A stretch of 64,000 bases of DNA from an uncultured Candidatus Saccharibacteria bacterium (GTDB lineage Bacteria; Patescibacteriota; WWE3; 2-01-FULL-39-13). The stretch covers positions 7,735-71,734 of the forward strand of contig CAYJKF010000003.1 of NCBI GenBank assembly GCA_964370865.1, given 5' to 3'. The notes under the pieces are model-generated. The model was given only the letters and a program-made list of their open reading frames with translations, had not been told where the DNA came from and did no database searches. Both the position numbers and the translations under genes were made by a program. Below are positions 9,571 to 19,296 of the stretch, piece by piece; position 1 is the first letter of the stretch, and every line of letters starts with the position of its first letter.

Positions 9571-9819
9571 ATGGATCAAACAAATGACAACAACTCTAGA
9601 AAAGTAGCAACAGTAACCGTAGATAAGAAAGCCTGCATAGGGGCTGCAACTTGTGTCGTATTAGCACCTAATGCATTTGAATTAGATTCTGATAATATAG
9701 CCTCACTTAAAACTACTGCACTCACTCATACAGACCAAGAATTAATTAATGCGGCTGCGTCATGCCCAACTCAGGCTATAAAGCTATTTGATGCAAGCGG
9801 GATCGAAATTAAAATATGA
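9571..9819 (+). CDS. Small [3Fe-4S]/[4Fe-4S] ferredoxin
   Basis: CIGAATCVVLAP...ASCPTQAI, a single-cluster Pyrococcus/Thermotoga-type ferredoxin pattern. Confidence 0.8.
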   Translation: MDQTNDNNSRKVATVTVDKKACIGAATCVVLAPNAFELDSDNIASLKTTALTHTDQELINAAASCPTQAIKLFDASGIEIKI

Positions 9820-10229
9820 ATAAAATAATATTAAAAATTTTCACGTTTTTTATAAGCCTAGGAATAGTAGGTGTCACTGGTTTTTTGATTCTTCATAACG
9901 AACAGGAAAATAAAAGGATTAAACATGCAAACGCACAAGATTATTATTCAGAACAATATAAATTATGGATGGATTATAAAAAGGAATACGACCTAAAAGT
10001 TTTAGAAATTAAACAGGCTAACCTCAAAGAGATGACCGAAGCAAAGTTAACTTATGAAAAGTTACTTGTTGATCAGCCCCAGTTAATTAAGGAACATACA
10101 CGATTAGTAGCTAGCGGAGTAACTAGTTCTCAAACCCAACAGAATACTGCGGCAACTTCAAGTAAAAAATCCAGTACAACTGTTCAGGTTTCAAAACCAA
10201 AGTCACAGCCTAAGACTCGTGCATCATAA
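9816..10229 (+). CDS. Membrane-anchored coiled-coil protein with a Ser/Thr/Gln-rich tail
   Basis: N-terminal TM helix. Start overlaps the ferredoxin stop (ATGA). No recognisable catalytic motif. Confidence 0.4.
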   Translation: MNKIILKIFTFFISLGIVGVTGFLILHNEQENKRIKHANAQDYYSEQYKLWMDYKKEYDLKVLEIKQANLKEMTEAKLTYEKLLVDQPQLIKEHTRLVASGVTSSQTQQNTAATSSKKSSTTVQVSKPKSQPKTRAS

Positions 10230-10231
10230 CT

Positions 10232-10729
10232 ATGAATAAACTATATCTACTAATAATTATATTTTTGATAACCATCTTCACCTTATTTCAAAGCTTAATA
10301 AATTCAAAAAACAGCCTTTTAAATAGCGGTCCTCAACCTGTTATCGCAGAGGATGACGATGAGAATGAAGACGAAGAAGAGGAAGAAGATGAACACGATG
10401 ATGAAAGAGAAGATGAGGATGAGTACGAAGATGATGACGATTATTATGAATATCTTACAGAGCCATCTGAATCTACTACAACTGTAGAGGAAGAACCTGT
10501 TACCACCTATATAAATGTTATTGATAATGGATATGAAGTCGATTCCGATAAGGATTTATTAGTAGATGCTGTTGATCCTCATCCGCTAATTCCCGAAATT
10601 GATTTTTTTACAGACTCGGATGAAGATTCTGTTCCTGATGCATATGATAGCTTTCCTGGTAAGGATGATTTCACCTATATAGAGTTCCAAGATATTGATG
10701 ATAATGGAATCCTCGATGATATTGAATAA
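10232..10729 (+). CDS. Secreted polyacidic (Asp/Glu-rich) protein, a possible cation-binding protein
   Basis: Signal peptide followed by a DDDENEDEEEEEDEHDDEREDEDEYEDDDDYYEY tract. Confidence 0.4.
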   Translation: MNKLYLLIIIFLITIFTLFQSLINSKNSLLNSGPQPVIAEDDDENEDEEEEEDEHDDEREDEDEYEDDDDYYEYLTEPSESTTTVEEEPVTTYINVIDNGYEVDSDKDLLVDAVDPHPLIPEIDFFTDSDEDSVPDAYDSFPGKDDFTYIEFQDIDDNGILDDIE

Positions 10730-10734
10730 ACTAA

Positions 10735-11673
10735 ATGCCTACTGTTGAGAAAAGCCTTCATAGAGAGATTATGGCTACTGATATCTACCTCTGTGTCAGC
10801 TCAGATAAATATCCAAAAGAAGAGATTGATGTTGATTTAAATCAAGCCATATCTAAACTCAAAGATTTTGAGCGTAGATTTAGTAGGTTTGATAGTGAAA
10901 GTGAGCTAAGCCAATTTAACAACTCCAGTAAATTTAAGGCCAGCCAAGAGTTCATAGATTTGCTCAATGTTTCACTAAAATATTATTTAAAAACTGAAAA
11001 AATATTTAACCCAGCACTTTTACCCCTTTTGTTGAAGGAAGGATATACTCATAGTTTTTATGATATGGATCAAAAAAGGAATCAAGTTATAAATAGCGAT
11101 GGGCATAATTATAATTTTGAAGATATAAAAATTAACACTCAAACTAATGTCGTTACTAAACCAATCAACATGAAGATAGATTTTGGAGGAATTGGAAAGG
11201 GATATATGGTAAATAAATTATCAGAATTCTTTAAAGAAAAATATAAGGATTATTGTATTGATTTAGGCGGTGACATGTTCCTAAGTGGAGAGGATAAACA
11301 AAATAAATATCCATATTGGGCAATAGAAATTGAAAATCCACTCTCAGATGAGTTGGAAATGCCAACTCTGATACTGAAAGATATGGCAATAGCTACTTCG
11401 GGTATTAATCGAAGAAATTGGCAAAAAGATAATGTAACTAAAAACCACATCATAAATAAAGTTCAAGGAAGCATTAACAATGATTTGTTATGCGTAACCG
11501 TCATATCTGACAATTGTATTAATTGCGATATATTTGCTAAAGTTCTATTGATTCTAGGGCTAGAATCTGGAGTAAAATATAGTGAAAATCATAATTTAGC
11601 AGCAATATTTGTTAGTAAAGGTAAATTATTAGTTATAAATAAAAATGCGCAAAAATTCGTTTGGACTGAATAA
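10735..11673 (+). CDS. apbE: FAD:protein FMN transferase, with no signal peptide and therefore probably cytoplasmic
   Basis: ApbE motifs IDFGGIGKGYMV, DLGGDM, AIATSG. N-terminus starts directly with the mature-domain-like MATDIYLCV. Confidence 0.8.
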   Translation: MPTVEKSLHREIMATDIYLCVSSDKYPKEEIDVDLNQAISKLKDFERRFSRFDSESELSQFNNSSKFKASQEFIDLLNVSLKYYLKTEKIFNPALLPLLLKEGYTHSFYDMDQKRNQVINSDGHNYNFEDIKINTQTNVVTKPINMKIDFGGIGKGYMVNKLSEFFKEKYKDYCIDLGGDMFLSGEDKQNKYPYWAIEIENPLSDELEMPTLILKDMAIATSGINRRNWQKDNVTKNHIINKVQGSINNDLLCVTVISDNCINCDIFAKVLLILGLESGVKYSENHNLAAIFVSKGKLLVINKNAQKFVWTE

Positions 11674-13333
11674 CTTAATACTTAGTGGGGTTATCTTTGG
11701 AATATTTTTATCCACTCCGACAATTACACTTGCACAATCCGATTATGCTGAAGATAGCGACCTTGATGGAATTAGTGACGAGGCCGAAATAGGCATATAT
11801 AAGACTAACCCAAACGATCCTGATACAGACAAAGATGGTGTATTAGATTATATTGAAATTACTGTCGACAAGACAAACCCCACAGATATAAACTCCTCCC
11901 ATTTAACTGAAATCTCTGCAGAGTCACTAATAAACCCAAGGGATCCGATTGTGTGGTACCTAAGTAGAATAACTGGAATAGGTGCCTTTATTATGTTTAC
12001 AATGGTGATTTCGATGGGTCTGTTGATGACATCGAAATTTCTACTAAAAGTGCCATTTCTTAAAGCTCCTGACGCCTTACAATTACATAGTTTTACAGCG
12101 TCGATAATAGCTTTCACATTAATGCTAGTACATTTTTTGTCATTAATTTTTGATGATTTTATAAAACTGGAACTGAGTGAGATTTTTGTACCTTTTATAT
12201 TAGATCGCGATACTAATAGTTCATTGGGGTTCAATCTTAGATTCCCAGTTGGTCTTGGAGTTACAGCATTCTATTTTGCATCCGTTCTAGTTATAACTTC
12301 ACAATTAAGAAAAAAGATTGTATCGATAAAAGTCTGGAGAAAAATACACTATTCTAGTTTTGTGTTTTATTTACTATTTTTATTTCACGCAATCCTTTCA
12401 GGTACGGATACAAAAGAACCATGGATGATAGGAATATACGTATGGTCCGTTACTCAGGTGACAATCCTCATTTTACTTAGAATTTTTGGTAAAAAATACT
12501 TTTTACCAAGGCCAGCGATGGTAAATCCTATTCCAACAACACAAACTCAGATAACACCTAAAATAGATATTCCCAAAAATATTTCAGTAACTCCTCAAAG
12601 ATTTGAATTCTCCCTTATGCAAAAAGCAATGTTAAATGAAAAAGTTATGCTGCTCAAATTATCTCTTCTAAATCCCCCAGAAATTAATTTTACTTCTGGC
12701 CAATTTTTAAATATAAAGGTTAACGATAAACAATATAGGTCATATTCCATTAGTTCAAGTAGTTCAGAAAAAAAATCAGTGGAAATTATTGCTGCAGTAG
12801 GTCATGAAGGCATTGGCGCTAATTACTTTAAGAGTTTAAAAGTAGGCGATAAAGGCGAATTTATTGGACCATCTGGTAAATTTATCCTACCTCAAGTCCT
12901 TTCCTCAAATTTAGTCTTTATAGCAACTGGAACTGGAATAAGTCCACTAATATCTATGTTAAGAACCCTTAACGAAAGGGACTGTAAATCAAATATTCAG
13001 TTAATTTTTGGAATCAGAAATCAAAGTGAATTGTTCCTCTTAGATGAAATAAAATCCTTTGAAAAATCAAAACTGACTTTTAAATACTTAGTATGTTTTT
13101 CACAATTACCTCAAGAAAGTGTTGAAAACTCAGTGAATGGACGGGTGACTGATTTTATTCCGATGGATAATAAAGAATCTCAATATTTTATATGTGGTAA
13201 CCCTTATATGGTGCAAGATGTAACAACGCTTTTAGAATCCAAACAAATACCACAAGAAAATATTTTTCATGAGAAGTTTACTGTAGTAAATGCTCCAAAA
13301 ATAGAAAACCCTGTACCTGTATTAAAAAACTAA
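11645..13333 (+). CDS. NOX/ferric-reductase-like flavocytochrome. It has a signal peptide, extracellular TSP3-like Ca-binding repeats, a 6-TM bis-heme ferric-reductase domain and a cytoplasmic FAD/NAD(P)H FNR-like domain.
   Basis: DSDLDGISDE / NPNDPDTDKDGVLD repeats. His pairs H-x14-H and H-x12-H in TM helices. FAD motif RSYSISS, GPSGKF, NAD motif GTGISP, CGNPYM. Confidence 0.75.
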   Translation: MRKNSFGLNNLILSGVIFGIFLSTPTITLAQSDYAEDSDLDGISDEAEIGIYKTNPNDPDTDKDGVLDYIEITVDKTNPTDINSSHLTEISAESLINPRDPIVWYLSRITGIGAFIMFTMVISMGLLMTSKFLLKVPFLKAPDALQLHSFTASIIAFTLMLVHFLSLIFDDFIKLELSEIFVPFILDRDTNSSLGFNLRFPVGLGVTAFYFASVLVITSQLRKKIVSIKVWRKIHYSSFVFYLLFLFHAILSGTDTKEPWMIGIYVWSVTQVTILILLRIFGKKYFLPRPAMVNPIPTTQTQITPKIDIPKNISVTPQRFEFSLMQKAMLNEKVMLLKLSLLNPPEINFTSGQFLNIKVNDKQYRSYSISSSSSEKKSVEIIAAVGHEGIGANYFKSLKVGDKGEFIGPSGKFILPQVLSSNLVFIATGTGISPLISMLRTLNERDCKSNIQLIFGIRNQSELFLLDEIKSFEKSKLTFKYLVCFSQLPQESVENSVNGRVTDFIPMDNKESQYFICGNPYMVQDVTTLLESKQIPQENIFHEKFTVVNAPKIENPVPVLKN

Positions 13334-13383
13334 CTCTAAGTGGGTATTTCGATTTTCTAGCTCATGATTTAGAAAATTGTTGG

Positions 13384-13878
13384 GTGTATAATTTGCGCAT
13401 GATAGATACATATCCAGACCAACTAACCGAACTTTCTTTAATACAAGACCCACGACATGATGAAATATGCAGTAACTCATTGAATCTGTTCTATTCAGCT
13501 GCTAAGGAAACGACATCAGAAGATTTATTTGCAAATTCAACGGTGGTATATACCCTAACCATAGATCCAGTTACACGAGAAAGATTTATTACTGAAATAG
13601 GTCAAAGAAATTTTACCTCTTCCGATGGGCCAGCAGAAGGTGAAAGTTTTAGTAATCCAGTTAATCTACTCCCAACCCTTCCAGCAATTTATCCAGTCAG
13701 GGGTATCGTCAATGTAATGATATGCTTTGCCAGAGGAGTGCCTCTAATCTGTGATGGTAGGGCCGCCCGTGAAATATTTGGTAAAGCTCTACCCGGTCCT
13801 AAAGGCGCTGATAGTGGAACACGTCGATTCGCAAATGAATGTGGAGAAGTAGTCATTCACTGGGTAGAATTAGATTAA
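13384..13878 (+). CDS. Hypothetical protein (apparently higher GC than surroundings)
   Basis: ORF only, no recognised motif. GTG or downstream ATG start. Confidence 0.35.
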   Translation: MYNLRMIDTYPDQLTELSLIQDPRHDEICSNSLNLFYSAAKETTSEDLFANSTVVYTLTIDPVTRERFITEIGQRNFTSSDGPAEGESFSNPVNLLPTLPAIYPVRGIVNVMICFARGVPLICDGRAAREIFGKALPGPKGADSGTRRFANECGEVVIHWVELD

Positions 13879-14030
13879 GCTACTAAAGTAACACATCATA
13901 CATAACCAGAATCCTCACTTCTTCCCTTAATATTTAAGAACATTGTCCTTTTGCATTACGTAAATCTCTTAATAAAACAAACAACCCGCCGCTAGCTGGC
14001 AGGTTGAATGTATTAAATGTCAAAAGGAAA

Positions 14031-14918
14031 TTAATTTACTTTTTTATTTCCTTGAGCATTTGGACTACTTTGAAGATAGCTTACGCAGTCTCCTTGGTTC
14101 TTGAATGCAGGATTATTGAAATCCATCCATCCTGAATTCTTACACTGATTTTTATCAGTTGGGCTAAGTGGCGTCTCAAAATCGAAAGTCGTGGTATCTC
14201 CACTAACTCCAAATTTAACCGCATCAATATTTTCGGTGTAACCATCAGCATATGGTTCTCCTACTCTTATACCTAACCATGAATCGGTTACACGAACTCT
14301 AACTCCAGAATAGGTAGCTAATATATCAGCCCAAGTTCTTGGCGTTGTTCCGGGTATTACTGATCCTGGCCATGTTGGTCCAGAGTATCTCCACATTGCA
14401 TTACCACTATTTAAAGCATCCCATTCTTGCCATGTATCTTGAACAACTGTTCCATTATCTGTTGGTAAAAAGACTAATCTTCTTTGCCATGTATCTGAAC
14501 CATTAAAATCAACATTAAATTGTAAGTAACCTGAACGGGTTGCTGATCCTCCATTACCTACTGAAGGGTTGTATGTGCTATATGCAAGTGTAGTTATATC
14601 AGCTAGTGGTGTTCCACTGAATTGATATGTAGCTAAATTCCTACGTTCGGATCCAGTTACGCTTATTTGAACGCTTCCAGTACCTTCAGGTGGTGTTGCT
14701 GGTCCTAAAACGAATGACCCGAGTGTATTATCAATAGTATCGGTTTCATCGTTATAGAAAAACCATGAATCAGGCTCTGCGACAACATCTGCTACATTAG
14801 TCGCCATATCACCTGGCAATACCACTACCGTAGAATCTGCTGCGAATGCTGGTCTTACGAGTAAAACCATAGCCAACGCTCCAAAGGTAATAAATAAATT
14901 TTTATATGTTATTTTCAT
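14031..14918 (-). CDS. Secreted hypothetical protein (signal peptide ...PAFA/ADS)
   Basis: N-terminal signal peptide. Trp/Gly/Thr-rich mature region. Confidence 0.45.
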   Translation of the reverse strand: MKITYKNLFITFGALAMVLLVRPAFAADSTVVVLPGDMATNVADVVAEPDSWFFYNDETDTIDNTLGSFVLGPATPPEGTGSVQISVTGSERRNLATYQFSGTPLADITTLAYSTYNPSVGNGGSATRSGYLQFNVDFNGSDTWQRRLVFLPTDNGTVVQDTWQEWDALNSGNAMWRYSGPTWPGSVIPGTTPRTWADILATYSGVRVRVTDSWLGIRVGEPYADGYTENIDAVKFGVSGDTTTFDFETPLSPTDKNQCKNSGWMDFNNPAFKNQGDCVSYLQSSPNAQGNKKVN

Positions 14919-14997
14919 TATTAATCACCTCCTTAATTTTCACTTAATACTTAACGTCACTGTGTAAATATATTTATTTACCTCTTACGTAATTTAC

Positions 14998-15264
14998 TTA
15001 TTCTTCAACTTGACCATGTGGTTCACAGTATGTATCTACCCATGCTCGTCTTTGTTCTCCTACATCACCTGTAAAAGACTGTTTTATATCCATGTTTTGT
15101 GGAAAAAACTTGTCACTAGCGTAGAAGGATCTATCCATACCCCAACATGCATTTGAATTAGCATTAGGATTTTTAACAGCCGCACCAGGTACTGCTGCAA
15201 AACTTGGTGTAACAGCAAGCACTAAGGCTACGAGTGCTAAAACTGAGATTATATATTTATTCAT
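14998..15264 (-). CDS. Small secreted Cys-containing hypothetical protein
   Basis: Signal peptide MNKYIISVLALVALVLAVTPSFA, then a 2-Cys mature peptide. Confidence 0.45.
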   Translation of the reverse strand: MNKYIISVLALVALVLAVTPSFAAVPGAAVKNPNANSNACWGMDRSFYASDKFFPQNMDIKQSFTGDVGEQRRAWVDTYCEPHGQVEE

Positions 15265-15399
15265 TCGGAATCACCCCCTTTTTACTATAACTTCATATAT
15301 ACAGGAATCTATTTGAAATGCAAACCGCTTAAGGAGGATAGATGTGACAGGTAAAATTATCTTTTTATTTTTTGAATAGTTTTAATTAAGATTTCGGAA

Positions 15400-16479
15400 C
15401 TACAATTTTTTAATCGGCAAAGTAAAATAAAAAGTTGACCCCTTATTTTCGATGCTTTTAACCCATAGGTCACCGCCATGTTGTTTGATAATCTCCTGAG
15501 AAATAAAGAGACCCAGACCAAGTCCAGGAATCTGACTCTCTTTTTGTCCTTTCGCTCTGAAAAATCTTTCATAGATTCTTTTTTGCTCTTCTTTGGGAAT
15601 ACCCATTCCAAAATCCTGAATTATAACTGTAGCTTTATCTTCTGAAGATTCTAGTGAAACATTTACTTTCTCAGAATCCGGTGAGTATTTAATTGCATTA
15701 GAGATAAGATTTACAAGTACTTGATGAACACGGGCTTTATCTGCATACACTTGGGCTTTTGTGGTGCTTGGGTATTTGATAACGTGAGAGCTAATTGTGT
15801 ATTGAAAATTACCAACAACTTCAGTAATAAGTTCTTCTAGTTGGAAATCCACTTTCTTAAGGCGTAGCTTTCCTGATTTTATCTTATATACGTTCATAAA
15901 GGATGCTACCAATTCAGTTAATCTATTCATTTGAAGATCCATGTTTTCAAGCATTACTGATGCTTTTTCATCATTTGTTATTAGCGGATGTCTTTGAAGA
16001 AGCTGTGTATATGCTTTCATGCTCGTTACAGGGGTCTTTAGTTCGTGAGATGCAATGGATATAAAATCATCTTTTTGTTGTTCGATATGCTTTTTTTCTG
16101 TAATGTCTTCCATAGACATAAGAATCATAGCGGCTTTATTATTCTTCTGGACTAATTTGCGAGCATTGATAAGGACAATTCTTTTTCCAATTTCCGGAAA
16201 GTCATGCTCGAGCTCAAAGTCCTGAAAAAAAGTTTTTTGAGGTAATATTTGCTCGAGTAATTTACGTAGCTGAGGGGAATTCCATTGTCCATTTCCTAAT
16301 TTATATATCAACTTTCGCTCAGTTTCCTTTTTATCTACATGAAAGATTTTATAGAAAGACCTATTTGCAGTAATTACGCGTAATTTTTCATCTAAAATAA
16401 TAAGAGGTTCCCGCACCGTTTCAACTATTGCCTCCGCGTAGTCTAATTCTTCTTTTGCCGATAACTCTTTTTTAGCCAT
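15400..16479 (-). CDS. Cytoplasmic PAS-domain sensor histidine kinase (orphan, no adjacent response regulator)
   Basis: H-box SHELKTP, N-box NLISNAIKYS, D-box DFGMGI, G-box GLGLGL. N-terminal PAS-like region. No TM segment. Confidence 0.9.
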   Translation of the reverse strand: MAKKELSAKEELDYAEAIVETVREPLIILDEKLRVITANRSFYKIFHVDKKETERKLIYKLGNGQWNSPQLRKLLEQILPQKTFFQDFELEHDFPEIGKRIVLINARKLVQKNNKAAMILMSMEDITEKKHIEQQKDDFISIASHELKTPVTSMKAYTQLLQRHPLITNDEKASVMLENMDLQMNRLTELVASFMNVYKIKSGKLRLKKVDFQLEELITEVVGNFQYTISSHVIKYPSTTKAQVYADKARVHQVLVNLISNAIKYSPDSEKVNVSLESSEDKATVIIQDFGMGIPKEEQKRIYERFFRAKGQKESQIPGLGLGLFISQEIIKQHGGDLWVKSIENKGSTFYFTLPIKKL

Positions 16480-16517
16480 ATTGGTTACTTAATGATTAGA
16501 GTATACACATTATTTAG

Positions 16518-17282
16518 GTGTTGTCGAAAGCTACACCAAGTTTAATAGTTTGTATTGCATATTGTACTTTCTACGTATACTATGGGTACATGAATGACAA
16601 ATCTGATTTTTTTCCTCTTTCAGATAATCCATTCGAGCCAGAACCTATCGAGGCAACAACCGAACGTGGACAAGAATTGTTAAAAGATCCGGAATACATT
16701 CAAGCAAGAGTATTAGCTGACGTTGCACTTCAATATATATGGTACTATCTGGGATCAGATTATAACAACATGATTGAAGGAATGTCTCCAGAACTTGAAA
16801 TTGCAGGATTAGAGCAAGATGTAGCTATAAAAGCTTATGGGCATTTATATAATTTTGCTAGAGGTACGGACATGAACGATCTAACAAAAATCCCAAGTGA
16901 TATGCTTCACCCTGTAGGAGAAGATAGTTCAACTCTTAAATCGTTTATTGATCGCCATTATCATAATGCTTTTTGGATGATTAGTGATGACAGGGCTAAT
17001 CATAGGAGAATATTTCACCTATTTAAACCAGGATTCAGAAGTCAAATGTTTCCAGAAGAAACACAAGGAGTCGGAGTAAAAATTGAGAGAATAAAATCTA
17101 CTGTTGAGGACTCAAGCGGATACCTATTAATTGATTTCTACCCTACTAACGACTATGGAAATTTACCACAATTTGGACCAACTAATGCGAGTACATTAAA
17201 TTTTACATTTGGCAATTTTCCTCCAACGTTTGAAATGAAAGGACATCGTTATACCAGTCCTATAAATAATAAAAACGGTTAA
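16518..17282 (+). CDS. Hypothetical protein (probable start at internal MNDKSDFF)
   Basis: ORF only. Confidence 0.4.
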   Translation: MLSKATPSLIVCIAYCTFYVYYGYMNDKSDFFPLSDNPFEPEPIEATTERGQELLKDPEYIQARVLADVALQYIWYYLGSDYNNMIEGMSPELEIAGLEQDVAIKAYGHLYNFARGTDMNDLTKIPSDMLHPVGEDSSTLKSFIDRHYHNAFWMISDDRANHRRIFHLFKPGFRSQMFPEETQGVGVKIERIKSTVEDSSGYLLIDFYPTNDYGNLPQFGPTNASTLNFTFGNFPPTFEMKGHRYTSPINNKNG

Positions 17283-17471
17283 TGAGAATTTTATTATGCG
17301 CGATTAATAGATTGATCCCTTGGCGTTTACCTAACTTGAAAATAAATTGGTTTGGATGCATGAAATCCAGTAGCATCAAATAAGTTTTTTCCTGGCTGGG
17401 CATGTCGGTCAAGAACGCAGCGCTTCTCTAGGATATAAATGATAGGGTTTAATTCATTTTAGGGAATGTAG

Positions 17472-17945
17472 TCAGATCTTTCTTGGAAAGAATTTTCGAA
17501 ACGGTAAAAATAGTCCTACAAGACTTATAATTATAAATACCGTTAAGGGCAGAATTAATGAAGGATTTGGTTCAGAGAATAAGTTTAAGCTAAGTCCAAT
17601 CCAACTTAAAAAGTAAATAGGAACAAACCAGAAAGCGTACCAAGCCCATTTTTGTCCTGACCTATAAGCAGTCATAGAAATGACTATAAGAAAAAAAGCA
17701 AAGCCTAAATCAGATAAACCCCCACCTCTAAAATAAAAATTGTACAAGTTGAAATCCCCCAAACTTGAAGATCTCAGTTCATCTAATGTTTTACCACTAA
17801 TGGTCAACACCAATGCTGGATCCGTATTAAAACCTAATGCATGAGGAAGCGCACCAACTAAGACAAATATTCCGATAACAAGGAATAGAATCCAGGCATA
17901 TTTCTCATAAAGCTTTACTGTGATAGAGTCATTCATCATTATCAA
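17472..17945 (-). CDS. Integral membrane protein, hypothetical (4-5 TM)
   Basis: Hydrophobic helices. Flanked by unusually long intergenic regions. Confidence 0.4.
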   Translation of the reverse strand: MIMMNDSITVKLYEKYAWILFLVIGIFVLVGALPHALGFNTDPALVLTISGKTLDELRSSSLGDFNLYNFYFRGGGLSDLGFAFFLIVISMTAYRSGQKWAWYAFWFVPIYFLSWIGLSLNLFSEPNPSLILPLTVFIIISLVGLFLPFRKFFPRKI

Positions 17946-18216
17946 TTATGCAAACTATCATTCGTAATATCAAGTGAACACTACATTTTTTACGTTTACC
18001 ATGTATTGATTTTGTATTATTAATTTATTGGTGTTAACTACGAATATACAAATTATCCTGTACGTATATTCTTCTAGATGGCTGGGCATCGTGGATGACG
18101 TTAGAACCATTATCCAAGATCAATCGGAGTATGTTTACATTCCAGATATAGCACATCAGCTTTAATTATCTTCTACTTTCTATAAAATTACCCCACCATA
18201 CCAATCACTATACTTT

Positions 18217-19212
18217 GTGTTCACAACCACGAGGTATAATCAATCCATGAAAAGAAAAATATTTCTCTGGGGACTCTTTGTTTTGGGGTTATTTTTATTT
18301 TTTCAACTTATAAGTATCTTGACTCTATACGCAGGCAATTACTTTTTAGAAAGTCATGCCACTCGCAAGGCTCAAGTCTTATTTACAACATCTTACTGGA
18401 CATCACTAACTCTAAATAAGGTGCCACTTGAGTTGGTTAAAGATATTAACAAAATTAAGCCAGAAGTAGAAATTAAAGATCCAAAGATAATACATAAAAT
18501 AGACTCATCTGAGGTATCCGTGTCAGATAAGAAAATAACAACTCAGGAATATGACGCTGGTCATAAAACTATTACACTTTCGGCAATACTAAAAAACAAC
18601 GCTAAGGTTGGCATTCCTAGCATCAAGCTATCGAATATCACAATGTACAATAAGGACAATGTTGTGATCGCTAAAAAACAAGATTACGACAAAAATATAT
18701 TTATGCCTTATGGCACAGAATATCCTTTTACATTCCAAATCATAAATCCATCCGAACCCCTGGATGTGAGTGATTTTAGTGTTGAGATGAGCATACCAGA
18801 ATTCACTATTAACGAAAAAGCTGTAAGGCTAGACACGTCTAATGCCAAATTACTTTCTGTTGAAACATTCGAAGCACAAAGTGGTAAAAATTATACATTT
18901 AGGTACAGATTCACGATAGGAAATAATACTGATAGAGAAGTAAATAATATTAGGAGGTTAACTTTTTTGAAACACGAAGGACATACATTAACACTAATGG
19001 AAGATGCCTGTTGTACTCAGGTAGCATTTGTTCCTCCAAGTACAAGCAATTACCCTAGTCTCGGTAATAGTGGATATGTCTGGAGTTTGAAACCACAGGA
19101 ACAAAGAGAATTTGAGTTACAAATTAGCCCAAATCCTGAATTATACACAACGGATATTAACTCCCAAAATATTGAGTTAATTAATTATATCTTCGGAGCA
19201 TACGCAGATTAA
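18217..19212 (+). CDS. Membrane-anchored hypothetical protein (probable start MKRKIFLW near 18247)
   Basis: N-terminal TM helix, then a soluble domain of unknown function. Confidence 0.4.
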   Translation: MFTTTRYNQSMKRKIFLWGLFVLGLFLFFQLISILTLYAGNYFLESHATRKAQVLFTTSYWTSLTLNKVPLELVKDINKIKPEVEIKDPKIIHKIDSSEVSVSDKKITTQEYDAGHKTITLSAILKNNAKVGIPSIKLSNITMYNKDNVVIAKKQDYDKNIFMPYGTEYPFTFQIINPSEPLDVSDFSVEMSIPEFTINEKAVRLDTSNAKLLSVETFEAQSGKNYTFRYRFTIGNNTDREVNNIRRLTFLKHEGHTLTLMEDACCTQVAFVPPSTSNYPSLGNSGYVWSLKPQEQREFELQISPNPELYTTDINSQNIELINYIFGAYAD

Positions 19213-19296
19213 TCATCACGATGACGAATAAAACAAAACCGATATTAATGATCTTTTATTTAAAGGGAGGTTATATTATCACCTGTAGTTTATAGG

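Noticed and set aside
11848-12234. 128-aa antisense ORF within the NOX-like gene
   Set aside because: Embedded antisense. The sense strand has strong domain signatures.
13940-13975. GC-rich near-palindrome CCCGCCGCTAGCTGGCAGG as terminator or operator
   Set aside because: Arms do not pair beyond the central GCTAGC. No T-run.
17394-18094. Direct repeat GGCTGGGCAT flanking gene 17472..17945 as possible insertion-sequence ends or target-site duplication
   Set aside because: Only 10 identical bases. Dozens of such coincidences are expected at this spacing in 64 kb. No transposase present.
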